Source: Candidatus Krumholzibacteriota bacterium
GTDB taxonomy: Bacteria; Krumholzibacteriota; Krumholzibacteriia; JAJRXK01
Length of the DNA: 64,000 bases
Direction: 5' to 3'
Assembly: GCA_024276305.1 (NCBI GenBank)
Contig: JAJRXK010000019.1
Location: 43,294 to 107,293 of the forward strand
In this document: piece after piece, positions 19,111 to 28,493 of the stretch
Position numbering within the stretch: the first letter of the stretch is position 1
Layout: every line of letters begins with the position of its first letter
Notes under the pieces: generated by a model
Told to the model about the DNA's origin: nothing
The model's database searches: none
What the model saw: only the letters and a program-made list of their open reading frames with translations
Translations under genes and position numbers: made by a program

Positions 19111-20949
19111 ATGAAGACTTCGAGAGCCTTTGGTTGGTGGAGTTACCTGTTCATTGCCCTCTCGGTCCTGGGCGGGAGCGTGCTGTCGCTTTCATCGGCG
19201 CACGCTGCGGCTCCGACCTCACGGGCGGTCTACGCATTTCTTCAGGGGGGAGAGATCGACGCGGACTTGGTCGGAGATCCGGCCACGCCCAGCCGGGATC
19301 TGAGAGTGAATGTTTGGCACGGCCGTGAGGACAACGACACCTATCGGCGCGGCGAAGCGATGACCGTGCACTTCCGCACGAATGCAGATCTCTACGTGGT
19401 CGTCTACCGCATCGACAGCGATGGGCAGGTAGAAGTGCTGTGGCCGACCACTCGATACGATGACGGATTCGTCTACGCCGATCACACCTACACTCTTCCC
19501 CGTCCGGGTTCGCCGGTGCGGCTGCGTGCGAGTCAGTTGCGTGGTGTGGAATACATCGAGGCCATCGCCAGCGAATATCCTTTCGATCTCCGCAATCTGG
19601 CCATCGATTTTCGTTTCGATCCGGATGCGCGGACGAACTACGACTACGAGGTATCGGGCGATCCCTTCCTGGCGGTGAACGACATCAACTTCGCCATCAC
19701 TGGACTCGACGCAGATGTCGAGTACGTGGTGACCGATTGGGCTCACCTCTATGTGGAGTCCAAGGTGGAGTATGCGCGCTATACCTGCCGACAGTGCCAC
19801 GATCAGGATGACGACGAGTACCATCCCTATGTCGACAAGTGTTCGACGGTGAACATCTACAACGATTGGGGTTGGCAGACGAGTTGGTACGATCGATTCG
19901 GTTGGTATCCCCTCTACTACGAACCCCCTTACTACTATTGGGACATCTCTTTCGGACGTCCCTATTGGTATCCCTACTATCCGCTCGTCTACAGTTGGCC
20001 TGCCTACTCGGTCTACAGTCGACCTTATCCCGTCTACTGGTGGTACGACTCTCCTTACGACTATGTCGACTACCGGGTGCGCTACAAGAAGAACTGGCGC
20101 CACTACCGATCTCTCTACGATCTGGACAATCCGCGAGTCCGCAGGGCGGTGCGTGATTTCGATCAGGCGCGAGGCACGGACCGGAGCCCGGTGAGCATGC
20201 GCGATGGGCTTCGCTCTCGGTCGGCTCGGGGAAGGATCGACGAGGATCGGCTGGTTCGGAGTCGGATGCCCGCGCGCAAGCACCGTGGGGACGTGGGGCC
20301 TCTGGTCCAGAGTCGGCGGGGAGGGTCGGATTTGGGCGACCGCACGCGGAGCCGCGGGGGACGAGTCCGCACGGATCTGTCGCGGCGGTCCCAGACCCGT
20401 CGGCTCGAGAGCCTGCCTCGAGTGAGGGACGCGGATCGGAGTCGGGACCTTCGCAACCGTGGGGAACGTCGGTGGACCCGGCCGGTCATTCGCAATCGTG
20501 AGGAGCCGCACAAGGGCCGAAACCGGTCAGGATCCGCGGTCGATCGAGATCGCAGTCGCCGCCGGTCGGAGTCTGTGGTCGACCGAGATCGCAGTCGTCG
20601 CCGGTCAGGATCCGCGGTCGACAAGGATCGCCGGCGACAACGATCGCAGTCGGAGGCCCGGAAGGATCGGAGCGGGGGACGGGAACGCAGCCGTGAGGTG
20701 CGCCCGCCGAGTGGAGAACGTCGAGGGCGCAAGGGCGGTGGAGATGTGGCGCCGACTCGGAAGGAAGCTCCGCGATCCCGAGGGCAGAAGGTCGAGCCCA
20801 CGCGGCGTCAACGGGGATCCCGCGGTGGAGGCCGCGAGGTGGCTCCGTCCCGAGGAAGTCGGTCTCCCTCGAAATCTTCCGCTCCTCGGCGGTCTTCCAG
20901 GAAGAGCGGTGGTAATTCCAGACACGGATCCCGAGGCCGAAAGGGCTGA
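19111..20949 (+). CDS. Secreted DUF4384-like protein with aromatic (Y/W/P)-rich region and long Arg/Ser/Asp-rich (RS-like) tandem-repeat tail.
   Basis: Signal peptide FIALSVLGGSVLSLSSAHA. DUF4384-like core (VNVWHGREDNDTYRRGEAMTVHFRTNADLYVVVYRIDSDGQVEVLWP). YNDWGWQTSWYDRFGWYPLYYEPPYYYWD...PYPVYWWYDSPYDY region. C-terminal about 250 aa dominated by R, S, D, G (DRDRSRRRSESVVDRDRSRRRSGS...). Starts 16 nt after the lipoprotein gene, probably co-transcribed. Confidence 0.7.
   Translation: MKTSRAFGWWSYLFIALSVLGGSVLSLSSAHAAAPTSRAVYAFLQGGEIDADLVGDPATPSRDLRVNVWHGREDNDTYRRGEAMTVHFRTNADLYVVVYRIDSDGQVEVLWPTTRYDDGFVYADHTYTLPRPGSPVRLRASQLRGVEYIEAIASEYPFDLRNLAIDFRFDPDARTNYDYEVSGDPFLAVNDINFAITGLDADVEYVVTDWAHLYVESKVEYARYTCRQCHDQDDDEYHPYVDKCSTVNIYNDWGWQTSWYDRFGWYPLYYEPPYYYWDISFGRPYWYPYYPLVYSWPAYSVYSRPYPVYWWYDSPYDYVDYRVRYKKNWRHYRSLYDLDNPRVRRAVRDFDQARGTDRSPVSMRDGLRSRSARGRIDEDRLVRSRMPARKHRGDVGPLVQSRRGGSDLGDRTRSRGGRVRTDLSRRSQTRRLESLPRVRDADRSRDLRNRGERRWTRPVIRNREEPHKGRNRSGSAVDRDRSRRRSESVVDRDRSRRRSGSAVDKDRRRQRSQSEARKDRSGGRERSREVRPPSGERRGRKGGGDVAPTRKEAPRSRGQKVEPTRRQRGSRGGGREVAPSRGSRSPSKSSAPRRSSRKSGGNSRHGSRGRKG
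20523..20655 (+). repeat. 39-bp imperfect tandem repeat (about 3.4 copies) encoding 13-aa units [AV]VD[RK]DR[SR]RR[RQ]S.S.
   Basis: Units begin at 20539, 20578 and 20617 (gtcgatcgagatcgcagtcgcc... / gtcgaccgagatcgcagtcgtc... / gtcgacaaggatcgccggcgac...). Confidence 0.6.
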
Positions 20950-21168
20950 AACATGATTGGACGTGGCGTTCCTCGACAGCCGCTTTGAGTGGACGATTCG
21001 AGCGTCGGCTCTTCCCGAGATGGTTGGCAGCCGGAAGCGGGGGGAGGGCAGTGCTGGGTCGGAGGAAACGCCTGCGGGGAGAGGGAGTAGGAATTGGGTC
21101 GTCGATCAGGGGTGGCGATCTGTTCCGGACCTCCCTCTTCCCGAGTTTTTTGTCGGATGCGGCTGTCG

Positions 21169-21198
21169 TTGACCGTGGGTGGGGACGATTCCTATACT
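21169..21198 (+). promoter_or_regulatory. Sigma-70-like promoter candidate TTGACC-N18-TATACT.
   Basis: About 30 nt upstream of ATG 21227. Confidence 0.4.
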
Positions 21199-21226
21199 GC
21201 GCCGTCTTCATCCCCGTGAGGTAGCC

Positions 21227-24200
21227 ATGTCGATTCCAGCGCTGAGAGGTCCCGGGCTCGTCATCGCGATTGCAGCCCTGACTCTCGCCTCGGCCGGGGG
21301 TCGCAGCGCCGGGGCGGAACCGGTGGCCTTCCCCTCCCTCGATCGGATGAAGGAGGCGACCCGCCTCTTGGTAGAAGGAGGACCGGGATTGAGTCCGCGC
21401 AACATGAAGGACGTTCAACTCGATCGCCTTCTCCGCAAAGCGGCTCCATCCCAGCTCCGAGTATTGGTCGTCGGTTGCGATTTCAGTGACAGCTTGATGT
21501 GGGGGCGTGACCGCAGCGCCTTCGTGGGCTGGCCGGAGGGCCGGCGCATCGCGCAGCGGATTCCGGGCACCGACATTCCCATGTTCACAGCTCACGACTC
21601 CACCTACTTCGATCTGCAGATGAGTCGGGTGAACGAATACTTCCGGAGCGTGAGCTTCGACCGTTTTCGTCTGCAGTGGGATGTGTACGGGTCAATCGTC
21701 AATCTCCCGCGACCGATGGGATGGTACGGCGATCCGGACAGTAGTGATGTGCGGACCGTCGCGATGGCCCAGGAAGTCATCGATGCGGTGGATGCGGAAA
21801 TCGATTTCGGAGCTTACGACACCTTGGTGTTGATCCACGCGGGAGCAGGGAGCGAGACGGATATTCTCGGAGACAGTCCACAGCAGATCCCCAGCAACTA
21901 CCTCGATCGGCGCGACTTTTCCAGGGCATCGGAGGCGGGGCTCTTGGCTCAACCGCAGTTGCTCAGTGGCGAGGGCCCGGTCGAGCACGTCTTGATCCTA
22001 CCCGAAGCCGAAAGCCAGGATCCTTTCCCCGAGGCGGGACTGTCGGGGTTCTTCGACGTCCTGGGCGTCTATTGCTTCGAGTTCGGGCTGCGGCTCGGAA
22101 TGCTCAGTTTGACCGACTTCACCCCCGAAGGGCGTCCCGACAGTCAGGGGATCGGGAACTTCGGACTGATGGGGTTCGGACTCTTCACCGGCCTGTCGAT
22201 CGTTCCTTCCGCGCCGAGCGCGATCAATCGCTACCTCATGGGTTGGGTGGATGCGGTCGAGGTGAGAGCGGATGCCGACCTGCGTCTGAGGGCGATGGGA
22301 CCCACGGTGGCGGATGGAGATACACTTCTGATCAAAGTTCCGATCAACGATCGGGAGTACTGGCTTCTGGAGTACCGGCTCCAGGATCCCAACGGCGATC
22401 TCTTCTACACCTTCGCCGACTCCAACGGGGATCGAGTGCCGGACTATTGGGATGCCGACAGCAGCCTTGGCAACGGCCGTCCCACTTCATCCTACGATCC
22501 CGCCACCGACTGGTGGGAGAGCACGCTGAATTCGGAGTGGGACTATTTCATGAGCGAGAATCCGGCGCGCAGTGACGACCGCTGCATGCGAGCCGGTGGC
22601 AGCGGAGTCTACATTTATCACATCGACGAACGCGTCATCGAGAACTCGATTCTGTCTGGAGTGAACACCATCAACGCAGACCCGGATCACAAGGGAGTCG
22701 ATGTCGAGGAAGCCGATGGCATTCAAGACCTCGACTCGTCTCGGCCGAGCGAGTACCTCCTGGGCTGGGACGGAGATGCTTGGCGGGGCGAGGGCTCGAC
22801 CGACTTCGGACCGGACACTCTTCCCGCGACGGACACTGCTTCGGGTCTGCCCACCGGGATCCGCTTTTCTCGCTTCTCCACGGTGACGGTGGACACCCTG
22901 CCCCGAGATGATCAGGGCAATTGCACGGGATTCTCCTATCGACCGGCGATGACCTTTCGAGTCGAGTTTCTCGGGTCCAGTGGCGGGCAATCCCTGGCCC
23001 ACCGCCTCTCGTTTCGAGGAATCGCTCCGCTTTCGGCGGCACGAGTCGTGGATCTGGGATCGGGCCCTTCCGATCCCAGCCCGGATGGTCTGCTCGAGAT
23101 CGTCGCCCTGGCGGATTCGGGTCGGGTGCTGGCATTCGACCGGGCCCTGGGGGACTGGACTGACGGGGACGGAGATCCCACCACCATCGGAGTCCTGGCG
23201 GTGGTGAACGGTCCGTCCCGAGTCGCGCGTTGGATCGGTGACCCTGCGGTGGTGGACTTCGACGGCGATGGCGACCTCGAGGTGCTGGCGGCGGCAACGA
23301 CGGGAATCATCGCCCTCTCCTTCGACGGGTCGGAGTTGATCGATGGAGATCGGAATCCGGCAACCCGCGGGGTGATGTGGACCTCGGCGCAGTGGGCTCC
23401 GGTGAGCGCGCCGGCGATCCTCGACGATCCCGATCGCAGCTGCATGCAGGTGGTCAGCGATGGCAGCCGGATTGCGGCGCTACGACTGAAGTGGGTCTCG
23501 GGAGTGGTGGAGGCAACGCTCTCCTCTGCGGTGAGCGGCCGGTTGCGGGGGCAGCCCGCTCTGGTGGAGGAGCCCGAGCCCCGCATCGTGGTCCCCTGGT
23601 CGGATGAGGAAGGGCCCGGATTTCTCTTCTTTCCCACGGGGTCGACCGAGGGGATTTCGAGAATGCGGACCGATCGTGCCCCGGCGGACCTGCCGGTGGT
23701 GACCTGGAAAGAGGCGCCGGTCGGGCCGGTGGTCCTCTGGACGGATTCGTTGGGTACGAGTCATCGCACCGAGATTCCGCCGAAGAACGCCGGATCGCTC
23801 GGCTCCGTGGCAGACGTGGCCTGGGAAGACCGCCGAGGTGACGAGGTGCCCGGAGCGCCGAGCATCCTCGTGGGTGCTGCACCCCGAGCGGCAGCGACGG
23901 ATGTGGTATGGGCCCGAGCTGCGGGAGGGGAACTCCATGCCCTCGATGCATCTCTTCGACTTCGTTCGGGATTTCCCATGAGTCCCCTGAGGAGCACCCC
24001 GGTTGCGGTGACCGATTCCTTGGTGGCGCCGCCCGCCATGGTCGATCTGGACGGGGATGGTCGGATCGAATTGATCTGGCACGAGGGCGAGGGGGCCTTG
24101 CATGCGGTGGACCTCGAGGGACGGGAACTCGTGGGCTGGCCCATCGCGGGGCCCGCGGAACCCTTGGGAGGTCCGATTCTTGCCGATCTGGACGGAGATC

Positions 24201-24688
24201 TCCTTCTGGAAATGGTCCTGATGGGCCGTTTCGAGTCCCTCGAAGCGGTGGATTCGCCAGGGCGTGGTTTCGCTTCGCAGGCCCGGGGGGAAGTGAGGAT
24301 CTATGATCTAGGGACGAGGGCGGACAGCTACGCGCCCGTGCGCCTGGGCGCGGTGGGCCTTCGAAATCAGGGGATCGTCCGCGCGGGTCCCGTCCGTGCT
24401 CCGGCGGGGTCGGCAGCCTTGGACGAGGCGAGCGTGGCCTTGCAGCCCAATCCTGCCGTGGGCTCTACTCTGCGGGTACGAGTGGTCGCAGGACGATCGG
24501 GGCCGGTCCGCGCGATTCTCTACAACCTCGAGGGCCAGGAAGTGGCAGCGAGCGCGGCGGTGTTCACGGAGTCCGCGAGTGCTTTCGATGAGTCGATCGA
24601 TATTTCCGGGCTCCGCTCGGGGCTGTATGTTTGTCGAATCGTTTCGGGTTCCGAATCGATTCTCAGGTCCTTCGCGGTGGCTCGATGA
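21227..24688 (+). CDS. 1153-aa secreted protein with FG-GAP/VCBS-like Ca-binding repeats and FlgD-Ig/T9SS-type C-terminal sorting domain.
   Basis: Signal peptide MSIPALRGPGLVIAIAALTLASAGG. Repeats VDFDGDGDLEVL, VDLDGDGRIELIW, ADLDGDLLLEMVL. C-terminus ALQPNPAVGSTLRVRV...ILYNLEGQEVA...SGLYVCRIVSGSES. No HExxH seen. Confidence 0.75.
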   Translation: MSIPALRGPGLVIAIAALTLASAGGRSAGAEPVAFPSLDRMKEATRLLVEGGPGLSPRNMKDVQLDRLLRKAAPSQLRVLVVGCDFSDSLMWGRDRSAFVGWPEGRRIAQRIPGTDIPMFTAHDSTYFDLQMSRVNEYFRSVSFDRFRLQWDVYGSIVNLPRPMGWYGDPDSSDVRTVAMAQEVIDAVDAEIDFGAYDTLVLIHAGAGSETDILGDSPQQIPSNYLDRRDFSRASEAGLLAQPQLLSGEGPVEHVLILPEAESQDPFPEAGLSGFFDVLGVYCFEFGLRLGMLSLTDFTPEGRPDSQGIGNFGLMGFGLFTGLSIVPSAPSAINRYLMGWVDAVEVRADADLRLRAMGPTVADGDTLLIKVPINDREYWLLEYRLQDPNGDLFYTFADSNGDRVPDYWDADSSLGNGRPTSSYDPATDWWESTLNSEWDYFMSENPARSDDRCMRAGGSGVYIYHIDERVIENSILSGVNTINADPDHKGVDVEEADGIQDLDSSRPSEYLLGWDGDAWRGEGSTDFGPDTLPATDTASGLPTGIRFSRFSTVTVDTLPRDDQGNCTGFSYRPAMTFRVEFLGSSGGQSLAHRLSFRGIAPLSAARVVDLGSGPSDPSPDGLLEIVALADSGRVLAFDRALGDWTDGDGDPTTIGVLAVVNGPSRVARWIGDPAVVDFDGDGDLEVLAAATTGIIALSFDGSELIDGDRNPATRGVMWTSAQWAPVSAPAILDDPDRSCMQVVSDGSRIAALRLKWVSGVVEATLSSAVSGRLRGQPALVEEPEPRIVVPWSDEEGPGFLFFPTGSTEGISRMRTDRAPADLPVVTWKEAPVGPVVLWTDSLGTSHRTEIPPKNAGSLGSVADVAWEDRRGDEVPGAPSILVGAAPRAAATDVVWARAAGGELHALDASLRLRSGFPMSPLRSTPVAVTDSLVAPPAMVDLDGDGRIELIWHEGEGALHAVDLEGRELVGWPIAGPAEPLGGPILADLDGDLLLEMVLMGRFESLEAVDSPGRGFASQARGEVRIYDLGTRADSYAPVRLGAVGLRNQGIVRAGPVRAPAGSAALDEASVALQPNPAVGSTLRVRVVAGRSGPVRAILYNLEGQEVAASAAVFTESASAFDESIDISGLRSGLYVCRIVSGSESILRSFAVAR

Positions 24689-24728
24689 AACGAAGCCGCC
24701 GATGCAATGGCAATACGAGGAGAATCTC

Positions 24729-25668
24729 CATGATGCATCGCCCGCTCAATCTGGCCTTGGCAGGCCTCCTCGGCGTGGCTGTTCTCAGCTTCGCCCATCC
24801 TTCGACCGTGGACGCGGGCCAGCCTGGCGACGCGGGTCTGTTGTCGATGCGCTTGGGAATGGGGGGACGATCCGGAGGCATGGGAGAAACCGGAGTGGCG
24901 ACCACCCAGGATGCTACGGCGATGTACTGGAATCCGGCGAACATGGCCTATGCCAAGGGCACGCAGATCGCAGTGCAGCACATGGAGTACTTCGGACTCT
25001 TTCGCAAGGAAACCATGACCCTCGCTCACGAGACCGACTACGGCAGCTTCGGACTGCTCTTCAGCGGTTTCTACAGTGAGGACATCGATCGGACTGCACC
25101 GGATCCGGTGGGAGTGACCCAGGGGAGTTTTCGACCCTACGACGTGGTCGTGGGGGTCGGCTATGCGCGGGCCTTCGATCAGTTCTCTCTGGGGATCGTC
25201 ACCAAGTTCGTCTACGAGCGCATCGATGCCTATTCCGGGAGCGCGGGGGCGATCGACCTGGGAGTGACCCACCACGCGGCGATCGAAGGTCTCACCCTCG
25301 CGGCGGCAGTGCAGAACTTGGGGTCTTCGATGACTCTCAATCAGGAGAGCTTCGATCTGCCCCGCACCTTTCGCGCGGGTCTGGCCTACCGTCCCATGCC
25401 CCTCAGCTGGGCCGGTAGATTCCTGGGCACGGCCGAAATCGTCCTTCCCAATGATGGCAATAGTCGCCTCCATGCCGGGCTCGAGATCGAGCTCGATCCA
25501 TCCTTCCATCTGCGAGTGGGACACCGCTTCCAGTACGACACCTGGGGCCCGACCTTCGGAGCAGGTTTCCAGCGTGCGGGCCTACGAGTGGACTACGCCT
25601 ATATGGCCAACGACAACGATTTCGACACCACTCACCGATTCTCGCTCAGCTTGACCTCTCGCGACTAG
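24729..25668 (+). CDS. FadL/PorV-like outer-membrane beta-barrel protein.
   Basis: Signal peptide MMHRPLNLALAGLLGVAVLSFA. N-terminal GMGETGVATTQDATAMYWNPANMA motif as remembered from the FadL/PorV family. Alternating beta-strand pattern to the C-terminal RFSLSLTSRD. GAGGAG RBS. Confidence 0.55.
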
Positions 25669-26410
25669 GCGGGTCGAGGTCGAAGTGTTCGAGGACATCC
25701 AACACCTCGAGACGCCCCTCATGGAGGCGTCCCACGGTGTAGCTGCTCACCCAATCGCCCAGGTTCGTGAAGGTCCAATCCTCGAATTCGATTTGGCAGG
25801 GCGTGTGGACATGGCCGGTCACCAAGTGATCCACATCGGCGTGGGAATGGGATTCGCCATAGCGTTCGATGAGGCGGAGGATCTCCGGTCGACTGCTGCG
25901 GCCCGCGGCCCGCGACCGTCGTGAGATGAACAGGGCGAGACGGTGGAGGATCTCGGGGTGGATGGCCTTGGCGATGAAGACCAGAGTCGGATGTCGGACC
26001 GCCCTCCGGAAGAGCGAGTAGAATCGATCGGAGCTGAGAAGCCCGTCTCCGTGATTCAGGCGGAGGCGTAAGCCCTGGTGTTCGACGACGGCCCCGGCTT
26101 CGAGACTGGGGATCCCCAGCGATTCTCGGAGATAATCGGCACACCACACGTCGTGATTCCCACCCAAGAAGCGGATCTCGACTCCGCGGTCGAGGAGACG
26201 GCGCAGGGCGTAGAGGACCTCGAGGTGGGTCTTGGGCATGAAGGTGGGGTAGTCGAGCCAGAAATCGAAGATGTCTCCGAGCAGGTAGAGATGGGAGGCA
26301 TCATCGAGCTGGCCGACCCACGTACAGAATCGTTGCACCCGGAGGGAGTGGTCCTTCGGCTCTCCCGCACCGAAATGAGTGTCGCTGACGAAATAGACGC
26401 TCTTGGCCAT
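25646..26410 (-). CDS. LpxH-like (UDP-2,3-diacylglucosamine hydrolase family) calcineurin-type metallophosphoesterase.
   Basis: MAKSVYFVSDTHFG...LLGDIFDFW...GGNHD...GHVHTPCQ motifs. Converges on and overlaps the PorV-like gene by 23 nt. Confidence 0.75.
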   Translation of the reverse strand: MAKSVYFVSDTHFGAGEPKDHSLRVQRFCTWVGQLDDASHLYLLGDIFDFWLDYPTFMPKTHLEVLYALRRLLDRGVEIRFLGGNHDVWCADYLRESLGIPSLEAGAVVEHQGLRLRLNHGDGLLSSDRFYSLFRRAVRHPTLVFIAKAIHPEILHRLALFISRRSRAAGRSSRPEILRLIERYGESHSHADVDHLVTGHVHTPCQIEFEDWTFTNLGDWVSSYTVGRLHEGRLEVLDVLEHFDLDPPSRERSS

Positions 26411-26579
26411 GGATTCGGGAGTTCCTGGCTCCCTGGCGCGATGAATGCGTGGAGAGGGAAGGGCTTCGAATGGGCCGCGGCAGCCGAGCCGGAGCCCAGA
26501 AGAAGATGATCGAGACTCGCCAAAGGAGCAAGTGCAGGCCAGAGGGGAGGCTTCGGCAATCGGTCGGTGGAGGCCTGGA

Positions 26580-26608
26580 TTGACGGACGGGTGTCCGTGG
26601 ACTAATCT
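26580..26608 (+). promoter_or_regulatory. Promoter candidate TTGACG-N17-TAATCT with embedded palindrome ACGGAC-GGGT-GTCCGT, upstream of htrA.
   Basis: Inverted repeat 26583..26598 lies in the promoter spacer. Confidence 0.35.
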
Positions 26609-26814
26609 CAATCCAAGAGTTTCGAGGTCATCCCGCTCTGTGGACCGACCCATCTCAAGGGGCCCCACCCCTCCGGGCACGCAGAAGCGAAGAGCGATGC
26701 CGAAGCTCTCACTGGACGACGGCGCAGATTGCTCGCTCGTTTGCGGTTCGGATAGGTCACCGGTAGGGCGCCGATTGAGGCGTTGAGCCAACCGCAACAT
26801 GGAGGAGAGGCAGG

Positions 26815-28335
26815 ATGCTCTTGCGTCGTTTGCATACCCGGATTCTCATCCCAAGCGCCAGCGGAGACGCGTCGCGTGCGGCCCGTGTCGTGGGGCTGTG
26901 GATGGCGCTCGCGCTGGGGACGTGGTCTTCGGCGGCGGCCTCGCCGGCCACCGACGGAGATGGGGTGAATGTTGGAGTGGAGAGCCCCTTCGCGGTGGTC
27001 GCCGAGCATGTGATGCCGGCAGTGGTCTCGATCACGAGCAGCAAGTCCTTCACCCATCCCGATATCGAGGGAGACGATCCGGGGGACGATCTCTTCCGTT
27101 TCTTTCCCCGTCAGCGGCGTCTGCCCGGTCAGCGCTTCGAGATGCCCAGTTCGGGGAGCGGCTTTCTCGTCAGTGACGAGGGATACATCCTGACCAACAA
27201 CCACGTGGTGTCCGATGCGACGGAAGTGGAAGTTCTTCTGCCCGATGAGGTCCAGCCACGCAAGGCCGAGATCGTGGGCCTCGATCCCAGCACCGATCTG
27301 GCAGTGCTGAAGATCGACGTCTCCGACCGCAAGATCGCCTATCTTCGCTTCGGCGACTCGGATGAAGTTCGCGTGGGGGATTGGGCCATCGCCATCGGAA
27401 ACCCGTTGGGAGAGCTCGCCGGCAGCCTCACCGTCGGAGTGATCAGCGCGAAGGGGCGGAGTGACCTGAACATCCAAGGAGGCGCGCCGCGCTATCAGGA
27501 TTTTCTCCAGACCGATGCGGCCATCAATTTCGGCAATAGCGGAGGCCCGCTGGTCGATATCCACGGGCAAGTCATCGGAATCAATACCGCGATCAATGCG
27601 AGCGGCCAGAACATCGGATTCACCATTCCCATCAATCTTGCGGCCCACATCTTCGAAGAGATTCGTGACCATGGTCGAGTGGTCCGAGGTTATCTCGGGG
27701 TGCGCATGCGGACCTTGACTCCCGAGCTTGCAGCAGGTAGGGACCTCTCGATCGACGAAGGAGTTCTCATCGTCGAAGTCCGGCCGGATACCCCGGCCGA
27801 GAGAGGCGGGGTGAAGGTTGGGGATGTGATCGTGGAGTTCGACGGACAACCGATCCGCGAAGATCGGGATCTTCAGTTCCGGGTGGCCGACGCCAAGGTT
27901 GGATCGAGGCCGGTGCTGCAGGTGATTCGGGATGGAGAGCGGCTCGATCTGCCCGTCGAGCTGGTGGAATACCGTGAAGAAGATGTCCTTGCGGCCAGCG
28001 ACGCTCCGTTGGAGACGGGTGAGGTCTGGCTCGGAATCCGGGCGGCGGACGTGGCGGATGAGTCCAATCCGGAGGTCGGTCGTCTGCGAGATGCTTTCGA
28101 GGTCACAGAGGACCGAGGGGTCATCGTATTGGAAGTCGAAGCGGGGAGTGCGGCGGAGGCCGCCCGCCTGCAGGCGGGAGACGTGATCGTGGAGGTCGTG
28201 AACACTCCGATCGACTCGTTGGCGGACTTCGTGGCGGCATCGGAGCGCTATCGGGACCGAACCAAACCCATTGCTCTTCTCGTGAGGCGGGGAGAGATGA
28301 CGAGCTATCTCACGATTGATCCGGTCGACCAGTGA
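26815..28335 (+). CDS. htrA: HtrA/DegP-family periplasmic serine endoprotease with two PDZ domains.
   Basis: GSGFLVSDEGYILTNNHVV (His), DLAVLKID (Asp), GNSGGPLVD (Ser) catalytic triad motifs. Two PDZ-like segments. Signal peptide. Confidence 0.9.
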   Translation: MLLRRLHTRILIPSASGDASRAARVVGLWMALALGTWSSAAASPATDGDGVNVGVESPFAVVAEHVMPAVVSITSSKSFTHPDIEGDDPGDDLFRFFPRQRRLPGQRFEMPSSGSGFLVSDEGYILTNNHVVSDATEVEVLLPDEVQPRKAEIVGLDPSTDLAVLKIDVSDRKIAYLRFGDSDEVRVGDWAIAIGNPLGELAGSLTVGVISAKGRSDLNIQGGAPRYQDFLQTDAAINFGNSGGPLVDIHGQVIGINTAINASGQNIGFTIPINLAAHIFEEIRDHGRVVRGYLGVRMRTLTPELAAGRDLSIDEGVLIVEVRPDTPAERGGVKVGDVIVEFDGQPIREDRDLQFRVADAKVGSRPVLQVIRDGERLDLPVELVEYREEDVLAASDAPLETGEVWLGIRAADVADESNPEVGRLRDAFEVTEDRGVIVLEVEAGSAAEAARLQAGDVIVEVVNTPIDSLADFVAASERYRDRTKPIALLVRRGEMTSYLTIDPVDQ

Positions 28336-28493
28336 TGGTCCGGCCAGGGAGATCCGAATTCGCGGTCGGAGAGCCACTCGCCATGGCTCGCGGCCACAAC
28401 CAGGACCCGGACTGCTTCGAAGGGTGGTGGTAGAACAGCCCGTCTCTCGGTACACCGGTACCGGGCAACTTCCCCAGGTCAGGAACCTGAACC

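Noticed and set aside
21040-21060. TGGCAGccggaaGCgg sigma-54-like sequence upstream of the FG-GAP protein gene.
   Set aside because: GG-GC spacing is one nucleotide short of consensus. A good sigma-70-like promoter (21169..21198) lies closer to the gene.
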